From a virus (Duplodnaviria > Caudoviricetes), in IMG/VR virus record IMGVR_UViG_3300032219_002607, positions 1-35,958 of that record: DNA of 35,958 nucleotides; one strand, given 5' to 3'. A program made the translations under genes and the position numbers. The notes under the pieces are model-generated. The model saw nothing but the letters and a program-made list of their open reading frames with translations, had not been told where the DNA came from and ran no database searches. Shown piece by piece: positions 26,420-34,632 of the stretch (position 1 is its first letter; every line of letters starts with the position of its first letter).

Positions 26420-26598
26420 TGTTGTGGTATCCTTTCAAAAGTAAATTTAGAAACTGTAAGCCCATTCTCGAGGAGGATGGCAGTTCCCGTGTTTGTTTCC
26501 CTGCCGGCATCGCAGAGCTTTTATTGCCCGTACGTCGTTCGTCCTCAGCTAACGCGGTGTCGGCCCGCGAATACGACCATGCCAATTTCTAACGACTA
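26420..26598 (-). ncRNA. Putative structured 5' leader RNA of the capsid gene
   Basis: Multiple stems: UAGAAAUU/AGUUUCUA, GGCAU/AUGCC, GUCGU/ACGAC, CGCGG/CCGCG, GGCAG/CUGCC, CCAUcCUC/GAGaAUGG. Confidence 0.5.
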
Positions 26599-26603
26599 AG
26601 TGA

Positions 26604-26630
26604 ATCGTAACTTGGTTTAAATTCTGTCAA
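26604..26630 (-). promoter_or_regulatory. Promoter TTGACA-15-TACGAT for the capsid gene
   Basis: -35 at 26630-26625, -10 at 26609-26604, AT-rich upstream. Confidence 0.6.
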
Positions 26631-26713
26631 TACCTAATCTAAAAGTATTCTTAATTAACCCCAAAAAGGAGCTTTTAGAAAAGCGCGATAAGGATTGGAG
26701 TATTTCTGTCGAC

Positions 26714-27991
26714 TTACCCTATCGCGTCCAAAAAGCTGAGCGCTGGATCCTTCTTGTCGCTTTTGTCTGGTGTTTGTCCAGACCCAGCCGAAGGAGTGGC
26801 TTTTCGGTAGTCGCCAAGACTGGCTCGGAGGCTTGACATCTCTTTGTTAGTTTTCTGGACATAGTCGTTAAACACCTGAACGACAAGAGGTAGGGTAACT
26901 GCTTGAAAAGTTAACGCAGCACGTCTTTTGTGGTCTAAAGGCTCCGAATCAAGCCTTTCGGCTTCGGCTCGCAAACCATCAACCATCTTATTCCACTGAT
27001 CGTTCCCTTCTACTTTTTGAATTAACGGAAGTTCTTTTTCAAAAAGTGACCACACCTCACCGAATGCGTTCTTGGCTTCAAGGTCAAACTTAGCTCGTTG
27101 AGCTTTTTCCTGCTCCTGCTCTTGTTTTGATATCTCTTCAAGAATTCTTTGACTGTCTTTTACCATTTCTTCGCGCTTGCCGTTCAAGACAAGAAGTTCA
27201 TCAATCTTTGTACGAACAGTAAGAGCGTCTACGGGGTCCATGTCAGAAGTAAGCTCCTTGAGCATTGCTCGTCGTTTAGCCCCATCAACTTCGCTCAACG
27301 TATCGAGAATACCCGATTCACGAAGCTCATAGGATTTAGCGATATCCGAGATTGTTTGTTTAGCTGCACGGGTGGGGTCACCAATATTGACTTTATATTC
27401 TCTAGTCGCTTCGACACGGCTTAACCGCAATTCGGATTCTAACTCTTCACGTTCGGCTTTAAACTCTTCAAGCTGCTTTTGAAGTTTATTGAGCTGGGAG
27501 TCGGTCTCAACATCCCCTCCTTTATCTTCCACGACTTCGGTTCGTGCAGATATCTTTGACTCAAACTCTTTCAACTTCGATTTTGCGTCTCTTAACTCTT
27601 TGGTTAGCTTGGCAAAGGCGGTTTGCGCTGAGGTATTTAGATTTTCTGGGGTCTTCTCAAGATCGCCTGTTTCGTTTTGAGCGGTGGGGGCAGTATCCCC
27701 AGCTTCGCCAGGTACTCCAATTTTGCCGAGTTTGTCGAGTAACGATGGGGGAGTTAGAAACTTACTGTCTTCCTTAGCTGGCGCTGGCGCGGCCTCGGGC
27801 TTTTGAGCTGGGGTTTCCTGTGTCGCCGTTTCGGTTTTTGCAGGCTCGGGCGTGGGAGCTTGTGTCTTAATGGGCTCAGGCTTGTCAAACGTTGCTGCGC
27901 TAAGCGCTTTGTCGAGGGTCTCGGCAAAGCTAGAAAAAGATTCTGGAGCTTTGGCCGTTGTTTGAGTTGTTTCTGTTTGGGTTGTTTCCAT
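26714..27991 (-). CDS. Capsid scaffolding protein
   Basis: Acidic, Pro/Thr-rich disordered N-terminus and coiled coils; between portal and capsid; ATG 27991. Confidence 0.75.
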   Translation of the reverse strand: METTQTETTQTTAKAPESFSSFAETLDKALSAATFDKPEPIKTQAPTPEPAKTETATQETPAQKPEAAPAPAKEDSKFLTPPSLLDKLGKIGVPGEAGDTAPTAQNETGDLEKTPENLNTSAQTAFAKLTKELRDAKSKLKEFESKISARTEVVEDKGGDVETDSQLNKLQKQLEEFKAEREELESELRLSRVEATREYKVNIGDPTRAAKQTISDIAKSYELRESGILDTLSEVDGAKRRAMLKELTSDMDPVDALTVRTKIDELLVLNGKREEMVKDSQRILEEISKQEQEQEKAQRAKFDLEAKNAFGEVWSLFEKELPLIQKVEGNDQWNKMVDGLRAEAERLDSEPLDHKRRAALTFQAVTLPLVVQVFNDYVQKTNKEMSSLRASLGDYRKATPSAGSGQTPDKSDKKDPALSFLDAIG

Positions 27992-27997
27992 GTTCAA

Positions 27998-28285
27998 CTA
28001 GCTCTCTTTCTTGGTGTCTTCCCAGGGGTCTGGGAGATCGGGTTGTTTAACCGAGATTTGTTTTAAAGCTTCAATATTGCGAATACAGTCGTAGTAACCT
28101 TCCCTGCGTGCGTTTGCCAAAGCATTAAACTGAACGAGATCGACATTTTCAGGAGTACGAACTTCAGCGGGTAGAGCGATATCTTTTAAAAGTTCTAATC
28201 CTTGTTTTAAGGCTGAGTTATTTTCCCAAGTAAATTTCCACTCTTGCTGCAAATCTTCGCGCTTAGCCCAATCTGCTAGTTTCAT
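27998..28285 (-). CDS. Small conserved protein between portal and scaffold
   Basis: 95 aa with ARREGY motif; typical podovirus position. Confidence 0.6.
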   Translation of the reverse strand: MKLADWAKREDLQQEWKFTWENNSALKQGLELLKDIALPAEVRTPENVDLVQFNALANARREGYYDCIRNIEALKQISVKQPDLPDPWEDTKKES

Positions 28286-28316
28286 CGTGGTCTGGACATT
28301 ACTAAGTCAAGACGAT

Positions 28317-30524
28317 CTAAGCAAGCTTTTTTTGTTGTATTTTTTGAGCGGCTTCCGCATCCCGTATTGCCATCTTTTGACGGGCATCTGCTACTTTAAT
28401 TTGTGAATCCAAGTTTGCCTGTTGCATTTTAAGTTGTGCGTCTGTTTGGGCTTTTTGCAAAGCCATCATTGTTTTCGGATCAATTTGGTTCTGCCCCTGC
28501 CCTTGTTGAGCCGCGGCTTGTTGAGCCTGCGCTTCGGCTGCCAGTTGTTTCCCAATATTCTCAACAGCCTCGCGCATCTGATTGAGGATCTCCATGTATT
28601 GGCCAACCTCGCCAGCTCTAGTCTTGTCGGACGAAAGTTGTTGAACGTGCTGACCACTGTGCGGGAGTTGGAGTTGCAGGTATGCAAAGGCAACTCTTGG
28701 GTCAACGGCGTTCTGCTGTAGTGCCTCAACAAATTGAATTGCGTCCTGCAAGTGAACCCGAGCATGGATTGCGTGATTCTCGCCGGGGTTAACGCTAACG
28801 CCTCGACCGCTCTGCATCGCGTTGTTCTCGAGCTCTGCAATTTTCGAATCAACAGGAATTCGTTCTGTCTCGCCTTTCGGTATGTATCGATCGACCTGAT
28901 CGTAACCAACTCGAGCAGCAACTCGGTCTCTAATAAGATTTCTCTGACCGACCTCGTCAAACCTAGGCATAATCTGGAGGAACTCGTTAAAGGCCTGTAG
29001 CCTAGCTCCGGGACTCCCTGCACCAACAGCCCGAACAGCGGTAACAGTTCGCACGCCTTGAACAGCTTTCCACGGAACTCCGCGGGCCTCTACCCTCTGA
29101 CGAAACTCAATAGCTTCTTTGCCACCTGGCTCGTCGGGTCGGTACTCAACTGTGGAAAGCCGTCTAAACTGTTCTTGAAGTAGCTTTTGCCAGGGAATGT
29201 AATACAAATTCAAAGCTTGGGTCGAGAGGACGGCTTGTTGGGCAATCTGTGCATTGACCTCAGTCGCGGTCCTCGCATCGCCGTCTGGCATAACCTGTCT
29301 GGCTGCGTAGCTGCCAGTGTTGTTCGATCGCACAACCTCAAGGTCTCGAATAATCGGGAGGACGTTTCCAGCAAGATTAGGAGTGGCTCGATCTACGACA
29401 TTGATGCCTGGGGGCAAAATCGAAAGCGGTCCGTTATAAACAAGAGAAAGATTGCTGATGTCCTCGCCGGTAGCAGGCTGGATCATTAGAGCTGACGAAA
29501 GCATCGCTCCGTCTACAACTTGATTACGGAGTCGGTTGGATAGCTGAATAAATGGGAAAAGTTTGTATCCAAGACCGCGGATGCTGTGAAGAAGTCCATT
29601 TGAGCCAATCCCGTAGGGAAACAAGACGAAAGCTTCATTAGCATGTTTGAACCTGCTCGGTTTTTTAAAAAGAAAATCTTCTTCATCCCCTTCACGCGTT
29701 CCGATGTAATGCGAAAGCGTTCCGTCAAACTCTTGAACAAAGTAATGGACTGCCCGGACGACCTTGGAGCGGGCGTGCGAATAAACAAGATCGTTGTTTT
29801 TCAATTCGCTTTGCAAATTCTCCCAATCCCGAGTTGTAGCGGTTCCGCTCGAGGTCGAGTTCATAATGACTTTTTTCGTAACCTCAACGTTCCACCCAAG
29901 CTCAGCCGCAACTTTCGGATTCGAAATGTAAGTATAGAGTTCTCCGACCAAATAATTGCGCTCAATGGTGGCTATCTCGATTTTTGTGTCGCACGCCGGC
30001 GTCCCGCGCGGAACTTTAAAATCCTTCAACCCGCAAACATTCCACCTCCAGTTACGGTTGTCCTCAAAATAAGCCAAGCCGACGCCGTAAGCGACGAACT
30101 GATGGGAAAGCATTTGATGCTTGTAGAAGAACTCGTCCCAATTCGTGATTACGCGGTGGAACTCTTCGGAAATAATCTGTTCCCACTCGGATCTTTGAGA
30201 CGGGTCTCCTTCTGTCGTTTTAACATTGGCAAGACAAGGGATAGAGTTAACGAGATCGGAATAGGCAGACAAAGAGTTCTCTAAGGAGGCGGCGGCTTCT
30301 CCAAAATTTAAGTTTGCTCGATACCCCTGCCCTAAAGATTTTAGTTGTTGGGGAGAATAAGGCGGCTCGCCATCAAGCATTGCCTGAACTTTTTGACGGT
30401 CGAGAGAAGAGGCGTCATCTGCCTGACGCATTGTCTGATAAATAGAGAAGGCGTCCTTTACGGACTTAATTCGAGCTTTTGGGGGCTGCCCAGAAGGCGA
30501 TAAATTTTCGAGTTCTAGTGCCAC
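28317..30524 (-). CDS. Portal protein
   Basis: 735 aa after the terminase; RTATEV motif; Q-rich C-terminal helical barrel as in P22-type portals. Confidence 0.85.
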   Translation of the reverse strand: MALELENLSPSGQPPKARIKSVKDAFSIYQTMRQADDASSLDRQKVQAMLDGEPPYSPQQLKSLGQGYRANLNFGEAAASLENSLSAYSDLVNSIPCLANVKTTEGDPSQRSEWEQIISEEFHRVITNWDEFFYKHQMLSHQFVAYGVGLAYFEDNRNWRWNVCGLKDFKVPRGTPACDTKIEIATIERNYLVGELYTYISNPKVAAELGWNVEVTKKVIMNSTSSGTATTRDWENLQSELKNNDLVYSHARSKVVRAVHYFVQEFDGTLSHYIGTREGDEEDFLFKKPSRFKHANEAFVLFPYGIGSNGLLHSIRGLGYKLFPFIQLSNRLRNQVVDGAMLSSALMIQPATGEDISNLSLVYNGPLSILPPGINVVDRATPNLAGNVLPIIRDLEVVRSNNTGSYAARQVMPDGDARTATEVNAQIAQQAVLSTQALNLYYIPWQKLLQEQFRRLSTVEYRPDEPGGKEAIEFRQRVEARGVPWKAVQGVRTVTAVRAVGAGSPGARLQAFNEFLQIMPRFDEVGQRNLIRDRVAARVGYDQVDRYIPKGETERIPVDSKIAELENNAMQSGRGVSVNPGENHAIHARVHLQDAIQFVEALQQNAVDPRVAFAYLQLQLPHSGQHVQQLSSDKTRAGEVGQYMEILNQMREAVENIGKQLAAEAQAQQAAAQQGQGQNQIDPKTMMALQKAQTDAQLKMQQANLDSQIKVADARQKMAIRDAEAAQKIQQKKLA

Positions 30525-30534
30525 GTTCCTGTTC

Positions 30535-30561
30535 AGTCTAACATCTAACGAAATTCGTCAA
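30535..30561 (-). promoter_or_regulatory. Promoter TTGACG-15-TAGACT (TGn extended -10)
   Basis: -35 contains the terminase TGA stop; AGGA RBS close before GTG 30524. Confidence 0.55.
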
Positions 30562-32285
30562 GTAGTTGATAGGTACTGCCTGTTTTGATACGAAGCTACG
30601 TCCATTTTCTTTGCGGATTCAACCCAGCTCTTGCCCCGATTTAAAACTAGCTTACCACCGGCGTAAGCTCCAAGCCGTTGACGGCAGATGTCGAGAAGAA
30701 GGAAGGCGGCATCTGCCAAATCGGGAGATTTTCCCATTCTGGACTTCATGTCCTTTTTCGGTTCAACCACAAGTTTCCCGCCAGAGGCAGTGCTATATTT
30801 CCTAGCTGTAAGCTCCCTAGCCAAATCCGGATTGACACCTTTTAGCTGGCCAGCTCTGAGAAACTCCACGCCTACGTACCAAAGTTCAGTAACTCGGTTT
30901 GTAAATTTCTCATTAGCCTTCACAGGAGATACTCCGCTGGTGGGCATTGTGGTTGGCTTTTCACCAAATTTGACCCGAAGAACCTTGGGGGACCACATTT
31001 CACTTAAAATGTCGCAAAACGGGTCGCCAGCGCCTGTAGCGTCGACCGCAAGGTGTTCCGGCCTCACACCCTCCTTTTCGCAAATCTCGCGCACCTGGCG
31101 GGCAATCTGAAAGTTTCTTGGCTCATTAGCCTTGGTCGAATCTTCTCGCAAAAGATAGGGCTTACCAAAAGCCACAGCGGGCACCCCTACATTCGTCTTC
31201 CCGTAAGAGCCAATGTACAAAACGCTTCGATCCCCCCCGTTGGTGAAAGCTGGGTCGAACCCAGCTACTTTTGTGGGTGTCCCATCCCAAACAGGAAGCG
31301 CTTCCCCTTCGTACCGGCGAATATCTGCTTCCGAGTAAATGTTCTGTTCTGCTCCAATGGGTGATGGGAAAGAACGAATGAATCGCCAATACGAAAGAGA
31401 GTTTTCGCCCTGGTACTCTCTGGCCTCCCGCAGTTGCTTACTGGTCAACAAAAACGGCCACTCGTCATCAGAGTCCAAATTGGGAGTCCGTTCTCCGTCT
31501 AGGTGAATACACTTACCCCGGAGAGTGTCCCATTCGTCCATTTCGGCGTTTACATTGTTCCAAGTAGCAGTCGGGGTGATGAATTGCCCAAATGGATCGT
31601 ATGCAGAAGCGAAGTTCCCAAGAGCGATACATTGAAAATAGGGATTGGAGTCGAGATTGTGGATGGCTTCGAAGATGGCTGGGGAAACGTCCGTGGCTTC
31701 GTCGACAAGGAGGAACACTCTCTTGTTCTTAAGGCCGATCAGCTTTTCGGTGGCTTCCTTCTCTTTGTCTTTGGCGGACGGGATAAGGGTGATTGACGAC
31801 CGATCACTCCCTGCCTCTTCCATAATAAGCTTCCCCATCGAGTCAACGATCTTGCCTGGGAGGCCGGGGACCTGGAGATGTCTCTCGCGGATTACTCCCC
31901 ACATCCGTTTGCGGGCTTCCCGGACGGACGTAGTCGTCACCAAAACAAGCGTATTGAAGGGATCACAGAGCCAGTTGACCAAACCCCAGACGCCAATGCA
32001 GTGGGTTTTGCTTGAAGATTTAGGGCCAGAAATACCTAAATAATTATGTGTACACGCAGCCTCAAATATTCTTTCGGCCCACGGATTCCACTGGAATCCT
32101 CCTTTATTTTTCTTTTTATCGTAAGGCCAAAGTGCCTCTACGACATTGCGAAAATGCGCGTATTTACCCAAACCTCCCCGCGCTGGGGAAAAGTTTTCGC
32201 GGAACGCAATTAACTCAATTGTTAATTCAGTAGTTCCGACTGGCCACGTTCGCCCGTATTTCTCAAAGCTTTGACTCACACTCAA
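30558..32285 (-). CDS. terL: Terminase large subunit
   Basis: Walker A-like GPKSSSKT, Walker B LLVDEA, nuclease motifs GFDPA...GGD, AVDATG and KSPDLADA. Confidence 0.92.
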   Translation of the reverse strand: MSVSQSFEKYGRTWPVGTTELTIELIAFRENFSPARGGLGKYAHFRNVVEALWPYDKKKNKGGFQWNPWAERIFEAACTHNYLGISGPKSSSKTHCIGVWGLVNWLCDPFNTLVLVTTTSVREARKRMWGVIRERHLQVPGLPGKIVDSMGKLIMEEAGSDRSSITLIPSAKDKEKEATEKLIGLKNKRVFLLVDEATDVSPAIFEAIHNLDSNPYFQCIALGNFASAYDPFGQFITPTATWNNVNAEMDEWDTLRGKCIHLDGERTPNLDSDDEWPFLLTSKQLREAREYQGENSLSYWRFIRSFPSPIGAEQNIYSEADIRRYEGEALPVWDGTPTKVAGFDPAFTNGGDRSVLYIGSYGKTNVGVPAVAFGKPYLLREDSTKANEPRNFQIARQVREICEKEGVRPEHLAVDATGAGDPFCDILSEMWSPKVLRVKFGEKPTTMPTSGVSPVKANEKFTNRVTELWYVGVEFLRAGQLKGVNPDLARELTARKYSTASGGKLVVEPKKDMKSRMGKSPDLADAAFLLLDICRQRLGAYAGGKLVLNRGKSWVESAKKMDVASYQNRQYLSTT

Positions 32286-32290
32286 TTGTG

Positions 32291-32318
32291 AGATTAAAAT
32301 CAGTCAAGAAAACGTCAA
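32291..32318 (-). promoter_or_regulatory. Promoter TTGACG-16-TAATCT for terL
   Basis: -35 at 32318-32313, -10 at 32296-32291; transcript would be nearly leaderless. Confidence 0.55.
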
Positions 32319-32537
32319 GAATTTTTAATTGATTTCTGTAATTAGTTGTTTGTCATGTCTTTCTACTTTTTGCCAATTGGGCTAACGACCCGCAAGCGTA
32401 AGTTGCTAACTTCCAACAATTTCCGATAAGCCCTTCATAAAAAGTAAAATACATAGGAAACCTAGGAAAGACAATCGGCAAAAATAGGAAAAGATTTCCT
32501 TTGCGTTGGTCAAGACTGTCAATACTCTCTGTCAAGA
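32303..32537. other. Putative attP region; core resembles a tRNA-Lys 5' end (32371-32391, minus strand)
   Basis: Non-coding, adjacent to int; GGGTCGTTAGCCCAATTGGCA flanked by five GTCAA(G/T)A and three TAGGAAA direct repeats. Confidence 0.6.
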
Positions 32538-32538
32538 A

Positions 32539-33759
32539 ATGAAACCTATCATTATCAAGAAAGGCTGGGCAGAAGTTCGTATCTACGAGTGCGAAGTTCG
32601 TGGCAAGTATTTCACTTATTTCGTGTGTTGGCGGGTAGGAAAACAAAGAATGCGCCGCGGACTGGCCTCTCTTGCGGAAGCCAAGCGAGAAGCAAAAATC
32701 ATCGTAGAGCAATTGGCCGACGGATCCGCTTTACCCGCCGAGGGGATCACAATGCGGGATCTTCAATACTACCGAGCCTGCGAAACGATGCTCAATGGCG
32801 TCCCTCTTGACCGGGCGGTAAAAGCCTATCTCCAAACCAATCCATCAGAAACCAAAGAAATCCGTGTCCCAGAGCTCGTGGAGGAGTTCCTTGCTAGAAA
32901 CGATACCTCCGTAAACTCGAGCGCACAAAAGATCACAATCCGAGCTCTGTTAAAACGTTTTGCATCCAAAATCTCTAAACCAATCTCTTTAGTGACGCCT
33001 CACGATATCGACGAGTACCTTGCAGACCCCACCTACGCCCCCCGTAGCCGTCACAACCAACGCTCTTCAATCATCGTCCTCTTTAACTACGCCAGGAGAA
33101 AAGGTTATTTGTCGGACGAGCGTAAACACGCTGCCGAAAAGTCAGAAGAAATTAAGTTTAAAAAACCACCAGTTGAAATTTATTCTACCGAACAGGCCGA
33201 GGCGATGCTCACGCTTTGCGAGAGAAACCTTGTCCCCTTCCTTGCGATTGGGTTATTCGCGGGCATCCGTTCCGCTGAGCTTGCTCGCCTTAAATGGGAA
33301 AATATCGACTGGGTTGGCGGGAACATTCGTCTTGACCGAGAAATTACTAAGACCAATCAAAGTCGGTTGGCTCCCCTTTTGCCGAACCTTGCTGAATGGC
33401 TTGCACCATACAGAGAAATGAAGGGGAACATACTCATCTCGATGAAGACGCGATACCCAACGAATTTGATTTCTCCTTGGTTGGCCTCACAAGATAACCC
33501 AAAGCTTCCCTCCAAGTGGATCGACAATGGCATGAGGCACTCGTTTGCCTCGTACCACTTGGCGTACACTCAAAACGCTGCTCAAACAGCACTTGCTTGC
33601 GGCCATTCGCCGTCAATGCTTTTAGGCACCTACAAAACAATCACCGTAAATGGTGAATCGCTAAATCAGGAGGTAGCCAAGAAATACTTTGAAATTCGAC
33701 CAAAGGCGGTCGACAACGTAATTCCCATTAAAAGCCATGCCAAATCACAGAAAGCCTAA
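32539..33759 (+). CDS. int: Tyrosine recombinase (phage integrase)
   Basis: GIRSAEL (R), TKT (K), NGMRHSFAS (R), GHS (H), GTY (Y); N-terminal arm-binding beta domain; ATG 32539. Confidence 0.93.
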   Translation: MKPIIIKKGWAEVRIYECEVRGKYFTYFVCWRVGKQRMRRGLASLAEAKREAKIIVEQLADGSALPAEGITMRDLQYYRACETMLNGVPLDRAVKAYLQTNPSETKEIRVPELVEEFLARNDTSVNSSAQKITIRALLKRFASKISKPISLVTPHDIDEYLADPTYAPRSRHNQRSSIIVLFNYARRKGYLSDERKHAAEKSEEIKFKKPPVEIYSTEQAEAMLTLCERNLVPFLAIGLFAGIRSAELARLKWENIDWVGGNIRLDREITKTNQSRLAPLLPNLAEWLAPYREMKGNILISMKTRYPTNLISPWLASQDNPKLPSKWIDNGMRHSFASYHLAYTQNAAQTALACGHSPSMLLGTYKTITVNGESLNQEVAKKYFEIRPKAVDNVIPIKSHAKSQKA

Positions 33760-33916
33760 TCAGACAACCGCAACATTTGTTGTACAAAAACACCTGCTTG
33801 TTTGGGTGACCAAAGAAGCCGAAAGCCGAGGCCAGTCTACTTCGGAATATATTCGAGCATTGTTGCTGCAGCAGTGGGACAAAAGACAGGAACAGAAAAA
33901 CAAAGAACAGAAATAG
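33737..33916 (+). CDS. Ribbon-helix-helix DNA-binding protein (59 aa; below the ORF-track cutoff)
   Basis: MPNHRKPNQTTATFVVQKHLLVWVTKEAESRGQSTSEYIRALLLQQWDK...: alternating beta strand followed by A..RG.S.SEYIR. Confidence 0.75.
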   Translation: MPNHRKPNQTTATFVVQKHLLVWVTKEAESRGQSTSEYIRALLLQQWDKRQEQKNKEQK

Positions 33917-33931
33917 TTTTTTTGAATTGAG

Positions 33932-34114
33932 TTAGAGGTCGTAAAAAAACAAGACCAGAAGTTTATATTTTTCCAGGTGTTCCCATAGCACTTTAGTCAT
34001 AAGACGCGACAGTGTAATTTTTTTCTGCGCCGCAAGCATTATTAATTTTTGTTTTAAAAAACTAGTTCCCCAAAAGCCAATGTATTTTCGGGTTGGGTGA
34101 CGCTTGTTGGGCAT
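33932..34114 (-). CDS. Second ribbon-helix-helix protein (candidate repressor)
   Basis: MPNKRHPTRKYIGFW...LAAQKKITLSRLMTKVL; GAGG RBS; divergent from the xis operon. Confidence 0.65.
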   Translation of the reverse strand: MPNKRHPTRKYIGFWGTSFLKQKLIMLAAQKKITLSRLMTKVLWEHLEKYKLLVLFFYDL

Positions 34115-34159
34115 ACGTCCTCATACCAGACACTCGACAGAAACTAAAATAGTTTAAGA

Positions 34160-34195
34160 GGTGTTAAACACCCTAAACACATGGTGTTAAACACC
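34160..34195. promoter_or_regulatory. Twin palindromic operators GGTGTT-A-AACACC
   Basis: Identical 13-mers at 34160-34172 and 34183-34195 with a TAAACAC half-site between them. Confidence 0.8.
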
Positions 34196-34290
34196 TTATA
34201 GTTTGCTTGCTGTGAATTACAACTACTCGTACAAACCCGAAAGTGATACGAAACTTAATGATTAAAAAAATATTTCAAAAAATGCTGGAC

Positions 34291-34312
34291 TTGTAAGTTC
34301 CAATACTTACAA
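34291..34312. promoter_or_regulatory. Inverted repeat operator TTGTAAGT-N6-ACTTACAA
   Basis: Perfect 8-bp arms, 14 nt before the xis ATG. Confidence 0.65.
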
Positions 34313-34326
34313 AGAACGGACTACCG

Positions 34327-34632
34327 ATGAAGCTCATCCTCGAGACAAAATCCGTACGAGTGTTAACGATGCCCAGTGGACACCTGGCGGTGGAACTTGA
34401 GCCAGTAGACGAAACGGGTTGTCCGAAAGCCATGGCCCAAGAATCTATTTACACAATTACAGATTTAATGAAACGCCTGAACGTTTCACGGAGATCCATT
34501 CAAAATTATTTCCGCAGGGCGGTAAATCCCCTGCCTTACTCGACTGCGGGCGGTCGTCCGCGAGTGACTGAATCAGACCTCTCGGCTTGGCTGAGCCGGG
34601 AAAAGGTTAAGGAGAAAATTCGTATCTTATGA
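34327..34632 (+). CDS. Excisionase-like winged HTH protein
   Basis: YTITDLMKRLNVSRRSIQNY...LP....GGRPRVTESDLSAWL. Confidence 0.8.
   Translation: MKLILETKSVRVLTMPSGHLAVELEPVDETGCPKAMAQESIYTITDLMKRLNVSRRSIQNYFRRAVNPLPYSTAGGRPRVTESDLSAWLSREKVKEKIRIL

Noticed and set aside
26515-26550. Hammerhead-like CUGAGGA in the capsid leader
   Set aside because: The required GAAA after stem II is absent (GGCAA instead) and stems I/III cannot be built
26460-26583. HDV-ribozyme-like words (GGCAUGGUC, CCUCCUCG, GGGCAA, GAAUGGG)
   Set aside because: The order differs from HDV and the nested double pseudoknot does not form
26403-26585. 60-aa ORF in the capsid leader as a leader peptide
   Set aside because: No RBS or motif and the region is better explained by RNA stems; not fully excluded
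418-32233. Many plus-strand ORFs (e.g. 418-966, 13730-14317, 25079-25630, 29643-30284)
   Set aside because: Antisense shadows of well-supported minus-strand genes, with no motifs
32315-32391. Complete tRNA gene
   Set aside because: Only the first ~21 nt are tRNA-like; no anticodon arm, T arm or acceptor 3' strand
32353-32712. 119-aa minus-strand ORF as a small terminase
   Set aside because: Overlaps int antisense and the att region; Phe-rich composition unlike TerS
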